A DNA stretch of 64,000 nt from Mytilus californianus (Eukaryota): the NCBI RefSeq assembly GCF_021869535.1, contig NW_026262637.1, positions 6,324,001 to 6,388,000 of the forward strand, in the 5' to 3' direction. The notes beneath the pieces are model-generated. The model searched no databases and had not been told where the DNA came from. It was given only the letters and a program-made list of their open reading frames with translations. The stretch's first letter is position 1; each line of letters opens with the position of its first letter. The position numbers and the translations under genes are program-made. Below are positions 25,590 through 37,812 of the stretch, piece after piece.

Positions 25590-25790
25590 AAATAGCGTTA
25601 GATAGGGCCAAAGGGGACACCAACTTCTAAAATTGGAAATTAATAAGAAAAAAGAAAGTTAGTTCCTCTTGTCGTGAATTTTTGTATAGAGTTTCCAGTT
25701 TGAACCCGAAATATCTAAATCAAGAAAAGTACAATTATTTGTGTTTATTAGATTTACAAATGTATTTAAAGTAAGTTCTATTGAGTAATT
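25590..25790 (-). mobile_element. Penelope-like RT C-terminal remnant (third subfamily)
   Basis: CTFLDLDIS..KLYTKIHDKRN followed by a decayed FSF..NF..PLA.S..IY. Confidence 0.6.
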
Positions 25791-26129
25791 TTTTGGCAGT
25801 ATATTAAGAGTTTTTTTATTCTGCAAGATAAATGTAGGTCGACTGTTTCTTTCTTCCTGGACTGGGATGAAAGGGGGAAATTTGGACTGTAACTGGGAAA
25901 TTAAGGCATGTTGGAGAGTACCCCTCCGAGAGTTGTTGCAAGGGTTCTTTTTCATATGACACTAATCGAGTTTAACGTTCCACTTCCGACAGGACCTGGC
26001 TGCGTATTTATACATACTGCAAAACCAACACCCAACTTTATCTATAGTTTAAGTGACTGCCGGGTGGGATAGGTTCAAGGATGACCATATTTATAAACCT
26101 TATGTATATAAATGATTAAGATAAGGTTT

Positions 26130-26360
26130 GATAGATCGGACGATCCTACGTTAATGCATATATATAAATGGCGATTGCCAAATAAACGGATCCATTTATT
26201 ACATCGGTGATCTATTTATTACATCGGTGATCCGTTTATTTGGCAATCGCCAATGGCAGTCAGCAGGGTTTAAGAACATTTTTTGTTCGACCTGTTAGTC
26301 AAATGTGTTTTGTTAAAATATACTTTAACACTTTTTTGGTCTTTTGGTAAATGTTGTTTA
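26130..26360. mobile_element. Interspersed repeat copy with a terminal hairpin (26169-26252)
   Basis: 26225-26350 is the reverse complement of 31420-31530. A 24-bp inverted repeat TGGCGATTGCCAAATAAACGGATC encloses a duplicated ATTTATTACATCGGTGATC. Confidence 0.7.
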
Positions 26361-27639
26361 TATATTTATATATATATCTGTATAGCGGAATCTATTAATT
26401 TAAATTTTTGAAAATTTTATAGAGAACTTAACAAAGAAATTTGTATGGATAGACAGGCAGGCTACTTCCTTTAGATTGATCTAAACATTATCTGTAAAGA
26501 AATAACAATTTCGAAGCTACACGTTTCATAGCATCGTGTCATAGTAGAACAATAACTTTTTCTTTAACATATGTTATGACATTGTTGGTTAACTGCATGT
26601 GCGTTATTCAATGTAGTTCGTGGACACGATACCATTTTCATAGTTGTGGAATATAGAAACGTTCAAAGTAGTAATGATCTTCGTTTGCTTGAAAATATTT
26701 GTATTCAGACGCAATCACTAGCTACTTCTTAAATTACCTCATAAAACAAGCTTTGAGTAAACAAGTAGTTTCTGGCGCAAATCCTAGAAAACTGTGTCTG
26801 AGCACGTCGCACCTGGTATAACTTATTTCCAGTATTTCGTTTACTTATGACTTTTGAATTTACCTTGAACTGTTGAAGTTATGCGTGTTTCGAATAATGG
26901 CAGTATACTATCTGTCTTTTACATTACGCTATAAATAGACACATATTTATATGTAAATCAATATATTATATTGTATGCGAAATTTTCTAGGTGTAACGAA
27001 CTTACATACATACTTACTTACCGTTACACTAATGGATATTTGAAACCAAAAATAACTTGCAACATATCTTCTACAACACATACATAGTCAACGTTCGTCT
27101 AAATTCGTGGTTATTTTCTCTGAAATTTATGAAAGAAATTTAAGGTATAACTAAAAAAAAACCAATTTGGTAGTTTTTTTACCAAACACGAATATGGGTC
27201 ATTTTCAACAAATGTAGAATTTTCAATACACCTTTGCTTTAATTTCGTTTTTAATGGACAATGTAACTGTAAATTGTAGGATTTATGAGTCGAAACATCG
27301 ATAATAAACCCGATTTAGATCTATTTTGATATCATCAAAGTATTTAAGTCCAATTTTTGCGTATTTTATGTACGTACGGTGTCATAGTAACACATTTCAA
27401 TGATTTTTTTTCCTATTTTCTGATTGCATTGAAATTGCAAAAGGAATTATTTTCGAATTTAATCATGACTCTTACGAAAAATCACAGTTTCTTTATTATT
27501 CTATGTATTTTTTTTCTTACAAAATTAATTTAATCGGCATACATGAAATTTATATGCGCCACTCCTTACCGACCTCTTTTTATTTTCATATGAGTCGGAG
27601 TTCCTTCTGACAGCTGTCAAAAACAAGAAGATAAAAGAA

Positions 27640-28140
27640 ATCAGATCATTTAATTTCACATTCAGATATATTGATGATGTTCTTTCCATTAACAATTCAA
27701 ACTTTTCTGATTGGGTTCCATCAATATATCCTCCAGAACTAGAAATTCAAGAAACAGCAGACACGGCTTCCTCTGCCTCATTTTTAGACTTATACCTGGA
27801 ATTTGACATAAACGGTCATCTCAGTACCAGAATCTATGACAAAAAAGACGATTTTAATTTTGAAATTATCATTTCCCCCCCACCTTAGTAGCAATATAAA
27901 AACTTCACCTGCATATGGGATATACATTCCCCAACTAATTCGGTATTCAAGAGCTTGCAGCTGCTACTCAGACTTTGTAAAACGTCACCAGTGTCTGAGC
28001 ATAAAGTTGATGAAACAGGGGTATGTCAAAGAACGTCTAGTCCCTTTTCTAAAAAAGTTCATCGGAAGATACCAAGACCTTGTTGATAAATATTCCGTAT
28101 CAACTTCACAAATAATACACGATGGTCTTGAAGTATAGAT
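27640..28140 (+). mobile_element. Naiad-type Penelope-like RT 3' fragment (second subfamily)
   Basis: FRYIDDVLSIN..YPPELEI..SASFLDL..IYDK..AYGIYIPQLIRYSRAC..HDGLEV*; highly similar to 59830-60150. Confidence 0.85.
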
Positions 28141-29570
28141 ATTGTTATTATACTTTTTAATTTCAACAATATTTTACTTGTAAAAGTGCTATTACGTGTT
28201 GGAAACCAAAATTAAAACAGTAAAATATTATTATTGCATCAAAAGGAGTGTTTTTTTTCACAACAGCAGTCATAAATGAAGAAATTTGTCTATCCTGTTA
28301 TGTTAATCTTGTTACTATGGTCACATTAAAAGGATAGACACTATTTGAGATAATTGACAATAATTTTACACATAATGAAATGGTCGGTTGTTTGAACTCA
28401 TTTAAATGTTGCAACGTCTTTATCTTCCCAGTTTAGCATATATACAAATTGCAATACTGCTTTCGGTAACAGGATAGACAAAAAGGGTACAGGATATAAC
28501 TTAATATTGTAACATATCGTAATCGTACGTTCTTGTAACCAAAAACAAAAGTGACAAATGCGACAGCATGCGAGGGAATTACTTGATATTGGGTTTATTA
28601 GAAAAAAGAAAAAATGATGAACATAATGAATTGCTATCTTAGACCTACGTTGTTGGTGGTTATTTTTATAACCTTTGAAAACCAACGTTTAGAGGTTTTT
28701 TTTCAGTACAACATGGAAAATTGACAAATAACTATCATAACACAGATTGAAAATTGATACAAGTTATTACTATTGAAAACAATCTTATTGGCCATGAAAA
28801 ACAAGCTTAAAGCTTTTCTAAATAACTCGAAATTATTTTGAACATGGTAACAGCAGAGACAAAATATTGCACCACCTATCAAAAATGTTTCAATATATTC
28901 TTGTATATCATTATCAAGATTGCATCTTTAATATGTTGTTAATCATAGAACCGCTATAATGTCTGCTGAACAGATCGAAGACCAGTTTATACTGTCAGTC
29001 ACCAGTTACCATCACCTTGCATTTTATGCAACAACAGACGCGTTGCGTATACACAAATACTTTAAATTTATTTCATTTCAAAAAATTTGGTTTTGTTTTA
29101 TCCTGATTTTTGGGGTTTTGTAATCTACGCGTGCGGGAACATGACGTTGATTTTAGAAATTTATCCGTTTCCAGATTAATAATTAGAAAAGTTTACTTTT
29201 GACAACATTTCTTTTAAAAGAAAATTTTTTTTTTTTTTTTATTTTAGAATGAATTTCTTCAATGCAGAGCAATTTGTTGTTTCCAGGTGACATAAATTCG
29301 AATTCAGTTCAGATGTACCGAAATTGTTTGTTCATTTCACAAACCTCCTCCTTTTTGCCACAGAATAGCCAATATTTAGGAATAATAGGAATTTCTATAA
29401 TTTAAGAACTGGATCCATAAATGACCGCAACTGGTCTTCGTACCAACAAAATGTCATGCAAAAATTGACACACTATAGTAACATTAACCCGCTCCAAATC
29501 TATGGTCCTAATTGTAACTTTTGTTAACACTTTTTATGATAAAAGAATATATCCAAGAGCAGTTCCGGTT

Positions 29571-29961
29571 AATTGTTTGAGAAAAACCGCGAATTTCTTA
29601 CGGTAATAACTGGTACTGGAACTGGGAACGTTCGAACGATCGATTTTTATTTCGTCTTTTTTTGTTTTATTTCGTTTTTTGTGCATTATTGTTTTCTTAA
29701 TACACAATTTTATTTGTATTTAATGTCCTGTACCAAGTCAGGAATATGGCAATTGTTACTTGGTTACAATGGTGAATTGTTTGAGAAAAACCGCGAATTT
29801 CTTACGGTAATAACTGGTACTGGAACTGGGAACGTTCGAACGATCGATTTTTATTTCATCATTTTTTGTTTTATTTCGTTTTTTGTGCATTATTGTTTTC
29901 TCAGTACACAATTGTATTTGTATTTAATGTCCTGTACCAAGTCAGGAATATGGCAATTGTT
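29571..29961 (+). repeat. Tandem direct duplication with a 204-bp period
   Basis: Unit 1 starts at 29571 (AATTGTTTGAGAAAAACCGCG) and unit 2 at 29775; there are only a few mismatches. Confidence 0.95.
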
Positions 29962-30135
29962 ATCACATAGTCCGTTTTTATGTAAGTTGACGTTTGTTTT
30001 TGTAGCAGTTCAGTGTTTCTGTTGTTTCCTCTTATAGTTGATGTGTTTCTCTCAGTTTTGGTTTGTGACCCGGATTTGTTTCAGTTAAATCGAGTTATGA
30101 CTATTGAACATCGGTATTCTACTATTGCCTTTTTA
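29900..30135 (+). mobile_element. Non-autonomous repeat ending in (C)GGTATACTACTGTTGCCTTT
   Basis: The same end motif occurs at 14930-14958, 15796-15823 (inverted) and 32110-32255. Confidence 0.6.
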
Positions 30136-31269
30136 AATATGTTATTTTTCCATTGTCATTGAAAATATCATATTGCAGCTTCATAATTTTCATACTTGTT
30201 CTATGTTGAATAATTATTTAAATGCAAATCAAAGTGTGTATATTCAATGATATAATAGATATAATACATCTTTTATATAAAAGTTAAACAGTCACAAAAC
30301 AACACAGTACAAATAATTATGAATCTTGAAATCCATTCGCATAAATATCATCCATCTTTAATAAAAACCCTTAAGTCTGACAGTTCTGAAAATTAAACAC
30401 ACGCACTTGTATCTAAAAATATACATATATTCTAGTTAATGAAATTGTACCTATAGGTTCAGTATTTTCTCAGGTAATCAAATTTGCTATATTTATCTTA
30501 TACACTGTTTAATTCAAGTTTTATATTTTGCCCGTTAATATTCAAACATCTAATCTTAATTATTTCTATACATTGCGTCGAAAAAAAAATAAATATTACG
30601 GAAACGGGAAAAATTTTTAATTGCATCACTTCACCAAATGATGATCATAACAAAATTCTGACAATAGGCCATAACCTAATTAATATAAAGGGATTAGTTG
30701 GGTACACTTTTTTTGCATTTCGGAGTATTTCGAAAATATGCAATGTCGGACGGTTTTTGGATTTTCTAACATACTGACCTGGACTGACAGCGAAATTGTC
30801 ACAGCTTGTTTAACTATTTTTAATGTGAGAGTGCTTCTCAATATATTTTTCTTTTATCTTTGTTTTTAATGGTTTTTCTTTATATCATGTTTTGCCATCT
30901 TCCTTAGTATTCATTCGTGTGTCAATTAGGTCGGTTACTCTACAGAGCTTATGTTTACTATGCAAATGTGTACATATTATGTCTGACTAAAATTTACTTA
31001 CTACTTAATTACTTACTTATTTACATACTTATTTACTTCAGTTATTGGTTTTGTTTGTGTCGCTATATTGTTTCCTTTGATTTTTGTATGTTTGTTTGTT
31101 TTGTTTTTCATTTTTTTAGTGTGTTTTTGCTTTTCTTGTGTTTGCTTTTTAGTTGCCCTTGGAAAGGAAATTATTAAAGGTTGATGTAAAACAAATCCTA
31201 GTACACCAAATATACATATCCGAAGTCCATTACTAGAGAAAAATACTAGAGTAATGGACATCTGATGAT

Positions 31270-31960
31270 ATATATATATATATTTATAAACAAGTCTAAA
31301 TTGAAAACAACGTTCAAACATATGATTGCGTTGGATAAAAAAACGCAATTTTTATACGTGTGCATGCAAAACAAATTTCTTGGTAGAGGGGTCTAAATAC
31401 AGCACAAACAACATTTTCCAAAAGACCAAAAAAGTGAAAAAGTATATTTTAACAAAACGCATTTGACTAGCAGGTCGAACAAAAGATGTTCTTAAACCCT
31501 GCTGACTGCCATTGGCGATTGCCAAATAAACGGATCACCAGATGTAACAAAATGGATCTTTACTATTAATCTTATACCAAACGGAATACAATAAACTTGC
31601 GGAAAAGATGATATACCGCAAACAAAAGGTGCAAAAATTAGTACACCATATCCGGATTTCGACAATTAATGTCTCTTCAGTGATGTTAGGAATCGAAACG
31701 GTATTTGGAAGGCCATATAATATACCTCAATTTAGGATAGACTCTTGAATTTTGAAGAGTAGAAATAGGATGAACGGATTATATTAACCCGAAGGCAAAT
31801 ATAATACAAGCCCAAACGAAAAAATATAAACAAGTCTTAATTTAAAACAACGTTCAAAACTATGATTGCGTTTGATAAAAACCGCAATTTTTATACGTGT
31901 GCATGTAAAACAATTTTCTTGGTAAAGGGGTCTAAATACAGCACAAACAACATTTTCCAA
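31270..31960. mobile_element. Two direct copies (31286-31420 and 31826-31960) of the repeat family also found at 26130-26360
   Basis: The block ATAAACAAGTCT...CAACATTTTCCAA is repeated 540 bp apart. Confidence 0.75.
31643..31686 (-). ncRNA. Minimal type I hammerhead ribozyme (retrozyme/Penelope-associated type)
   Basis: Minus-strand RNA: ACAUCA-CUGAAGA-GACA UUAAU UGUC-GAA-AUCCGGAU-A-UGGUGU. Intact CUGANGA/GAAA core, 4-bp stem II, palindromic stem III, AUA cleavage triplet and 6-bp stem I (one G-U). Confidence 0.85.
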
Positions 31961-32944
31961 CTTGGCTTGAAAATCATGTGCAATCTGTCAAGACTTTGTT
32001 ATCAGTCACATCATTTGTGTATATTCATTTTACATATCTAGAAAGCTGTGGGCAGCCTTTATTGTTACTTTGTTGTTTTTTTTGTTTGTTTTGATTTTAA
32101 AACTTACTTAGTTTGTTTTTGTAGCAGGTCAGTGTGTCTGTTGTTCCGTTGTTTTCTTCTTATAGTTGATGTGTTTCCCTCGGTTTTGGTTTGTGACCCG
32201 AGTTTGTTTCAGTTAAATCGATTTATAACTATTGCAGTATACTACTATTGCCTCATTAGTCATATATATTTTACGAAGTTATATTTGACATTTTACATTG
32301 TAGGTCATTGCACCAAATTTTTCGCGGGAAATGAGTTTAGAGTTGTTTACCGTTTATTTACATCAATCGGGTTTTTTTTATTATTATTATTTCACTTTAC
32401 CTTCGCATTGAGATAAAGTCCGAAAGCACTATGCTAATGCAGCTGTGGGAATGGCGATAACATTCCTCAATCATATTTTGTATGAAAACTAGAGTCCAGC
32501 ATTAGTTTCTGATTGGATCAAAGGTATAGAAAACATCTCATGTCTTTGAAGTAGGATTGCGTTTATAGTTGACAGTTACATAAGACCACTGTGCATATTC
32601 TGAACGACGTGGAATCATACACCTGGTTTTCCCTGCACTCTCAGAATTAATTAATTGATAGGCAAAATAAAACGTTCTACTTTGTTGTGATCAATCATGA
32701 TACATTTTTGTTACAAAATTCCTTGTCATTGAAATGAGGTTATTTATCCCCAAACTGCTGTCATGTGTGATTTTATTGATATATGGTTACTCAATGCCCG
32801 GCAGCAAATATGTCCTATGTTAGATTGATGACTGGATCGCTGTTTAAATTCATGTGGCAAATTAAATGCAAATCCGGACGAGAACATAATAATGTACGTG
32901 ATATGAATATAAACCCTGACACGCTGAGAAGGATTTGTAACGAG

Positions 32945-33163
32945 CTAGTTCACAAGGTAACAGTCAACAGGAAGACGCAGCAAACGACTCAGACACATTA
33001 TTACGACTGCAAGCTGACCAGTCTTTGCTCTTATTCCTGAATGACGCGCGCTTAACGAGGGAGCAGCAAATACCAATTTTGAAGTCTGGTTTGATCCGGC
33101 CAAAGTTCGAATCAACGACCGTCCACTTTCTAAGTGGACACACTGCCACAAGACTACCAAGGC
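32945..33163 (-). mobile_element. tRNA-derived SINE
   Basis: A-box-like TGGTAGTCTTGTGG and B-box-like GTTGATTCGAAC, followed by a core (AATTGGTATTTGCTGC...AGAGCAAAGACTGG..ATGTGTCTGAG) shared with 57100-57300. Confidence 0.75.
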
Positions 33164-33669
33164 ATGTGATTTGATTGATAAATGGCTTTTCAATGCTTAG
33201 CAGCTAAAATTTATAGGTTGGGGATCACTCGCCAAATGGGACATAGATGTATTGATATGAATAAAATTGCAGAAATGTTTTTTTGAACTTTTATATCGTA
33301 AAAGCCTACATATTTCTTATAGAATCATGGTAAACAGGGAATTTAGAAAAAAATATGGTTATCCCTTTTTCTTTAGAAATGAGAGCATTACATCGATTGT
33401 TTCAAATAGCATCACATTCAGCTTACAATCATGACAGTATACATTTACAAGAATGTAGCATCATACTACCTTGATGCTTACCCCTTTTGTCCCCAAAAAT
33501 GCTTGAGACTGGCACGTGCCCAGAGGCTAAATACATCACCTTCTGTATGCCCAACAATGCCACAAGACATCTTTTTTCTGTACCAAATGCAAAGAAGAAA
33601 ATTATCCAATTTTTTCAAGGAAGAAAGGTAAAGCTAGACTGATGCAGATTAAATTGATTGATATTATGT

Positions 33670-34965
33670 AAAGGAAACACCTCTTATATATTATTTTGTT
33701 TTTGTTTTTTGACAAATCGATAACAACAAATAGAAATATACATGTACTTCATTTGTCAAATGGAAAACCAGCTGTAACATAAATCAATGTTATCTAACAC
33801 TGTAAAATACATGTATTAAATGATAAACATCTGTTGTTGACTTTTACAAATTTATCATCATCATCACAGTTATATTCTTGAATTTACTTTTCTTATTTTT
33901 TGAAAAACCAAAATTAAAATTCATGGTTGTATGAACTTTTTACAAAAATTAAGCAATATTCAATGAATGTGATATTTATTAATAATTGTCAAAGGTTCCT
34001 GATCATACAACCACGAAATTTCAGATTTATATTTTTTCAAGACCTTTCATGAAAACAATGTTCATAGGAGTTCTTTATATGGTACTTTGACATGTCAGCT
34101 ATTCATCAAAATCTTATTGGGATCTCATTTTGTAAACTTTGATTAATTTAATGATTAAATAATCACGAGATTCTTTAGAGAATCGTTAAAATGCATGAAA
34201 AACTCAGGACAGTTCATCCAATTATAAAATCAAAATGTTTCTTATGTATAACTATATGGTTCATGGGCGTGTCCTAGAAAGTTCAACAGTCCAAATCAAC
34301 AGTTGATGAACTATGTTTTAGAACTGATCATGAGCAGATCATGAACGTTCATAAAATCTTCAAACAAATCAATGCAAGGGGGATACAATTTTCGCCTTAA
34401 AATGAAGTAACAGATTTTAACATTTTGAAAAACTGATCCGAACTACATGTTTTTAAATTTGTCCTAACTAGACAATGGTACATGGTATTCAGAAAATAAA
34501 AACAAATTTTACATTTAACGAGTTACCATGGCAACAAACCATGACGAAATTTTTATATGTTGTATAATTTCTTGATTTTCCTAGTTTTAAGTCAATTTTA
34601 AAGTATATTTTAGATTGGCAAAGTATGTGCGCACACAAGAAACAACTTTATTTTTGGTTAGATTATGTCAATAGTTATATTAAAGCTTCTCTTAAATTAT
34701 TTTGTTGTTTCTTGGCAGCGCACGGTGTTTCCACAATGGAATTAACGATGGAAACTGCATAAATTCTGTATTTTACATTGTTTTCATGAAAACGGTACAG
34801 ATAATGACGTAATTGTGACGTCATCAGATAAAAAATCTAAAGTTTTTCATTTATATTTCTCGACTCTGTGCATTTCCTTACATTATGTGCAAATTTGGAA
34901 TAATTGTCAAACATTTCCTTTTCTTGGACCAAAACCGGGCTTTAACGCCCCTACTCCTTTTTAAT
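33670..34965. mobile_element. Probable non-autonomous DNA transposon (family unassigned)
   Basis: Non-coding, with reiterated TTCATG/CATGAA motifs. The end GCCCCTACTCCTTTTTAA resembles the 15680-15705 end motif. TIRs were not resolved. Confidence 0.3.
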
Positions 34966-35049
34966 AGGCAGTCACTGATAATTATATCTGCTTGAAATTC
35001 TAAACTCGTTACCGTATATTAGGGAGTTCTTCCAAGCTGTCTAATTCAA

Positions 35050-35190
35050 AACATGGATAGTCATAAAAAGTAAAATAACAAAAAAACCGAACTCCGAGGA
35101 AAATTCTAAACGGAAAGTCCCTAAGCAAATGCCAAAATCAAAAGCTCAAACACATCAAATGAATTGAAAACAACTGTCATATTCATAATA
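35050..35190 (-). mobile_element. CCTGTACCAAGTCAGG-family repeat
   Basis: Matches 22080-22200. Confidence 0.75.
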
Positions 35191-35274
35191 GACAGTTTTT
35201 TCAATAGTTTCTGGGTGAAAAAATAAGGTCATATCCGGATTTTTTAAGTCCGCCAATATAACCCTTGCTTCACA

Positions 35275-35430
35275 GGGGCATTCGTTTGGCCGAGCAGGAT
35301 GTATGAATACACAGTCACGTATGGTATGAATGTGGCATTTAACTCCAATGCCTCGACTAGGTAGAGTGCCAAATCAAAGAACCCTTACAAACCAGCACTC
35401 TGGGATGCAAAGTTGACCTGTAGATAGGCA
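35275..35430 (+). mobile_element. Diverged SINE body
   Basis: GGATGTATGAATACACAGTC..AACTCCAATGCCTCG..AGAGTGCC resembles 56108-56185. Confidence 0.5.
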
Positions 35431-36514
35431 AAATTTCAGTCCGTATGCATAAAAGGTACTCTCCTTTCTAGTGCCAGTCTAACGTTTCCGCCTCTCATCC
35501 CGGTCTACATTCCTTTCGTAGTAGTTGTTAATTTGTTCTCGCTCTACAAAACTAGCCTTAGATACTAGTATACATATTTTGTAGTCATATATTGAGGGTA
35601 TAATATTCTTTTTTTTACTTAAAACCAATTTTATTTATTCAGATAGCATGCATATGAAGGAAGTTGTTGTTTTAACTGGGAATCGTACTGATTCTCGACA
35701 TGATTTATTTGCTCATTACATATGTCGGTGTATTATAATTATAACTAGCTAATTGTTTCCAAACGTACAATGTACTTGTTATTGAACTAGTTAGTTTTAA
35801 AACTAAATAGTTATTCATTGAATTATTTCCGTTAACTCTTTCTATTGCTATGTATTTCCGATATAATAATCCATTTCTCAACCAGGGATATAACATGCCT
35901 CAAAATACAATTTACGGATAAGATTAATCATTCAAAAACGAATATCAGATTAGAGCATTTACATATACATTGCAAGCCAGCGTTTTTTTTATTTGTGGCT
36001 TTTCCATCTTTGATTCTTGAGCATACATTATGAAGCACATGCCACATACACGGAAAAATCATGTCTTGACCCACTTCTGCTAAATAGTTTTTAAATTTCC
36101 AGTTTATTAAAGTTATTCGATAAAACTAAATTACACCAGCCACATTCTGTTTTTTTTTCAAATTTCAAGTTTTTAGAAAATGCATTTCCTGGAGTTCTTT
36201 AATACGTTGTATATACCGTTTTATCTACGCAACATAATTGAACTGCTGGTGATATATTCGATTCAAGTTACCCAGTCCAATGCATGCCTTGAAAGTATAA
36301 CTGAGTTTAAAATAATACATAAATTTTATAATTTAGTGGTGTGTTCACTAATTTTATTGCTACCTATTTATGTGTTACTTAGGGTACATTAGTCATATCG
36401 ATGGTATCAGCATGTCAGTAGAAATATAACAAATTCAAGTATTTATGATAAACCTTGACAATCGGAAGGCATAGACTCCCAACAGAAACAGTGTAAGAAC
36501 GTATTTACTCGAAA

Positions 36515-36724
36515 CAGAGTGAGAACTACTGCGACGACAGGATCAGAACGCATGAACATCCAGCAGAGTGAAAACGGCTGCGACGACAGGGTAAAAACCC
36601 ATGAACTTTCAACAAAATAAGAACGGCTGCGATGATAGCATAAAAACGTATGAACTCCCACCAAAATGAGAACGGCTGCGACGATATTATAAGAATGCAT
36701 AAACTCCAAGCAGAGTAAGAATCA
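36515..36724 (+). repeat. 49-bp minisatellite, ~4.3 diverged units
   Basis: Units start at 36515, 36564, 36613, 36662 and 36711; consensus CAGAGTGAGAACGGCTGCGACGACAGGATAAGAACGCATGAACTCC(AG). Confidence 0.85.
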
Positions 36725-37691
36725 TCGAAAAAGCTAGAATGTATCAAATACCTATCATTTAGAAGTAATTTTCAAAGCCAGGGAACAAATATTTAATGTG
36801 CTTCATCGGTTACAAATACTTACCTTGGTTTACACGTAGATACTGCATGCTTCCGAAGCTTCTATAGTAATTTATGTTAACCCTATGAGATTTAATTGTG
36901 ATACGTTTAGTTCATGCACGAAACTCGTTATATTGAATCGTGGTGTTCCTCCAAGAAAGTTATATTTAAAAGAAAAACGATGTTTGGATTGAGAATTTAA
37001 AGTTTTCACCACATGTTTTCTAGAGGTTATTAATGTTTTAACTTGGCCGTTGACTTATTAAATTTACATGAAAGTCGCAAAGAACTTCCAAGTTCCAATT
37101 CCTATGGTCTGTCAATTATTGGCCTCTCGTTTATACTGCCGCCGAATTTGAAGATAAGACTTTACAAAAGACTGTTAGGACTGATACTTTTAATAATTAT
37201 TCTTGAGCGGCTGTATCCAACAAAAACAATGACATTGCTACCTTAGATAGTTTCCTGTAGATGGTAGCAAATTTATACCCTGTTAACAATATCATGTTTA
37301 TCTTTTCTATTTCCTTGTTCAAGTTAGGGGTCATCCTCTTAGCAGCTGCAGTGTGCATGTGTTTATTGATAGTATGTCTTAATTTTACGAAATATATATT
37401 TCTCTAACTCTTACTAGATTTATACTTTTCCTGACCTGTTGATTATTTTTATTTAATCAACGTGTGGTTCTTTTGATCTCAGTTTGCCATTGGTCAAAAT
37501 TCGATTATGACGTATAATTTTCTTGCTTTTCTCTGAAATTCCCATTGTGACTTCATGAAAAAAGGCGACCATGTCTGATGATGTCACATAGAAAAAACAC
37601 ATCTTTTTGTAGATCATTTGAAAAGAAGAATTATGATTATCTGCATATCGTCTAAAAATCATTAGAGAAACAGATTCCACCACCAAATCTC

Positions 37692-37812
37692 GTGCAACAC
37701 GATATTTATTCACTGTCGACAGTTAAATTTTAAATATTAAAAACGCTCGGCGAGCCTCGCGTTTTAAATTTGAAAATTTAATTGTCTCGAGTGAATAAAT
37801 ATCGTATCACAC
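37692..37812. repeat. Long imperfect palindrome (hairpin element)
   Basis: ACGATATTTATTCACT (37699-37714) pairs with AGTGAATAAATATCGT (37790-37805); the stem continues to a GC-rich apex CGCTCGGCGAGCCTCGCG. Confidence 0.85.

Noticed and set aside
29573-30037. 154-aa ORF with an internal repeat
   Set aside because: It is an artefact of the 204-bp (68-codon) tandem duplication of non-coding repeat sequence.
33480-33640. piggyBac-like Cys-rich tail (KTSFFCTKC)
   Set aside because: It is a single short motif with the cysteines split across frames, and no transposase core or TTAA ends were found.
35930-36100. Ig-like fragment (VGQDMIFPC..KDGK) on the minus strand
   Set aside because: It is too short, lacks the conserved Trp and the spacing is wrong; probably chance.
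36515-36724. CRISPR-like array
   Set aside because: The units are diverged tandem copies with no unique spacers, the context is eukaryotic, and there are no cas genes.
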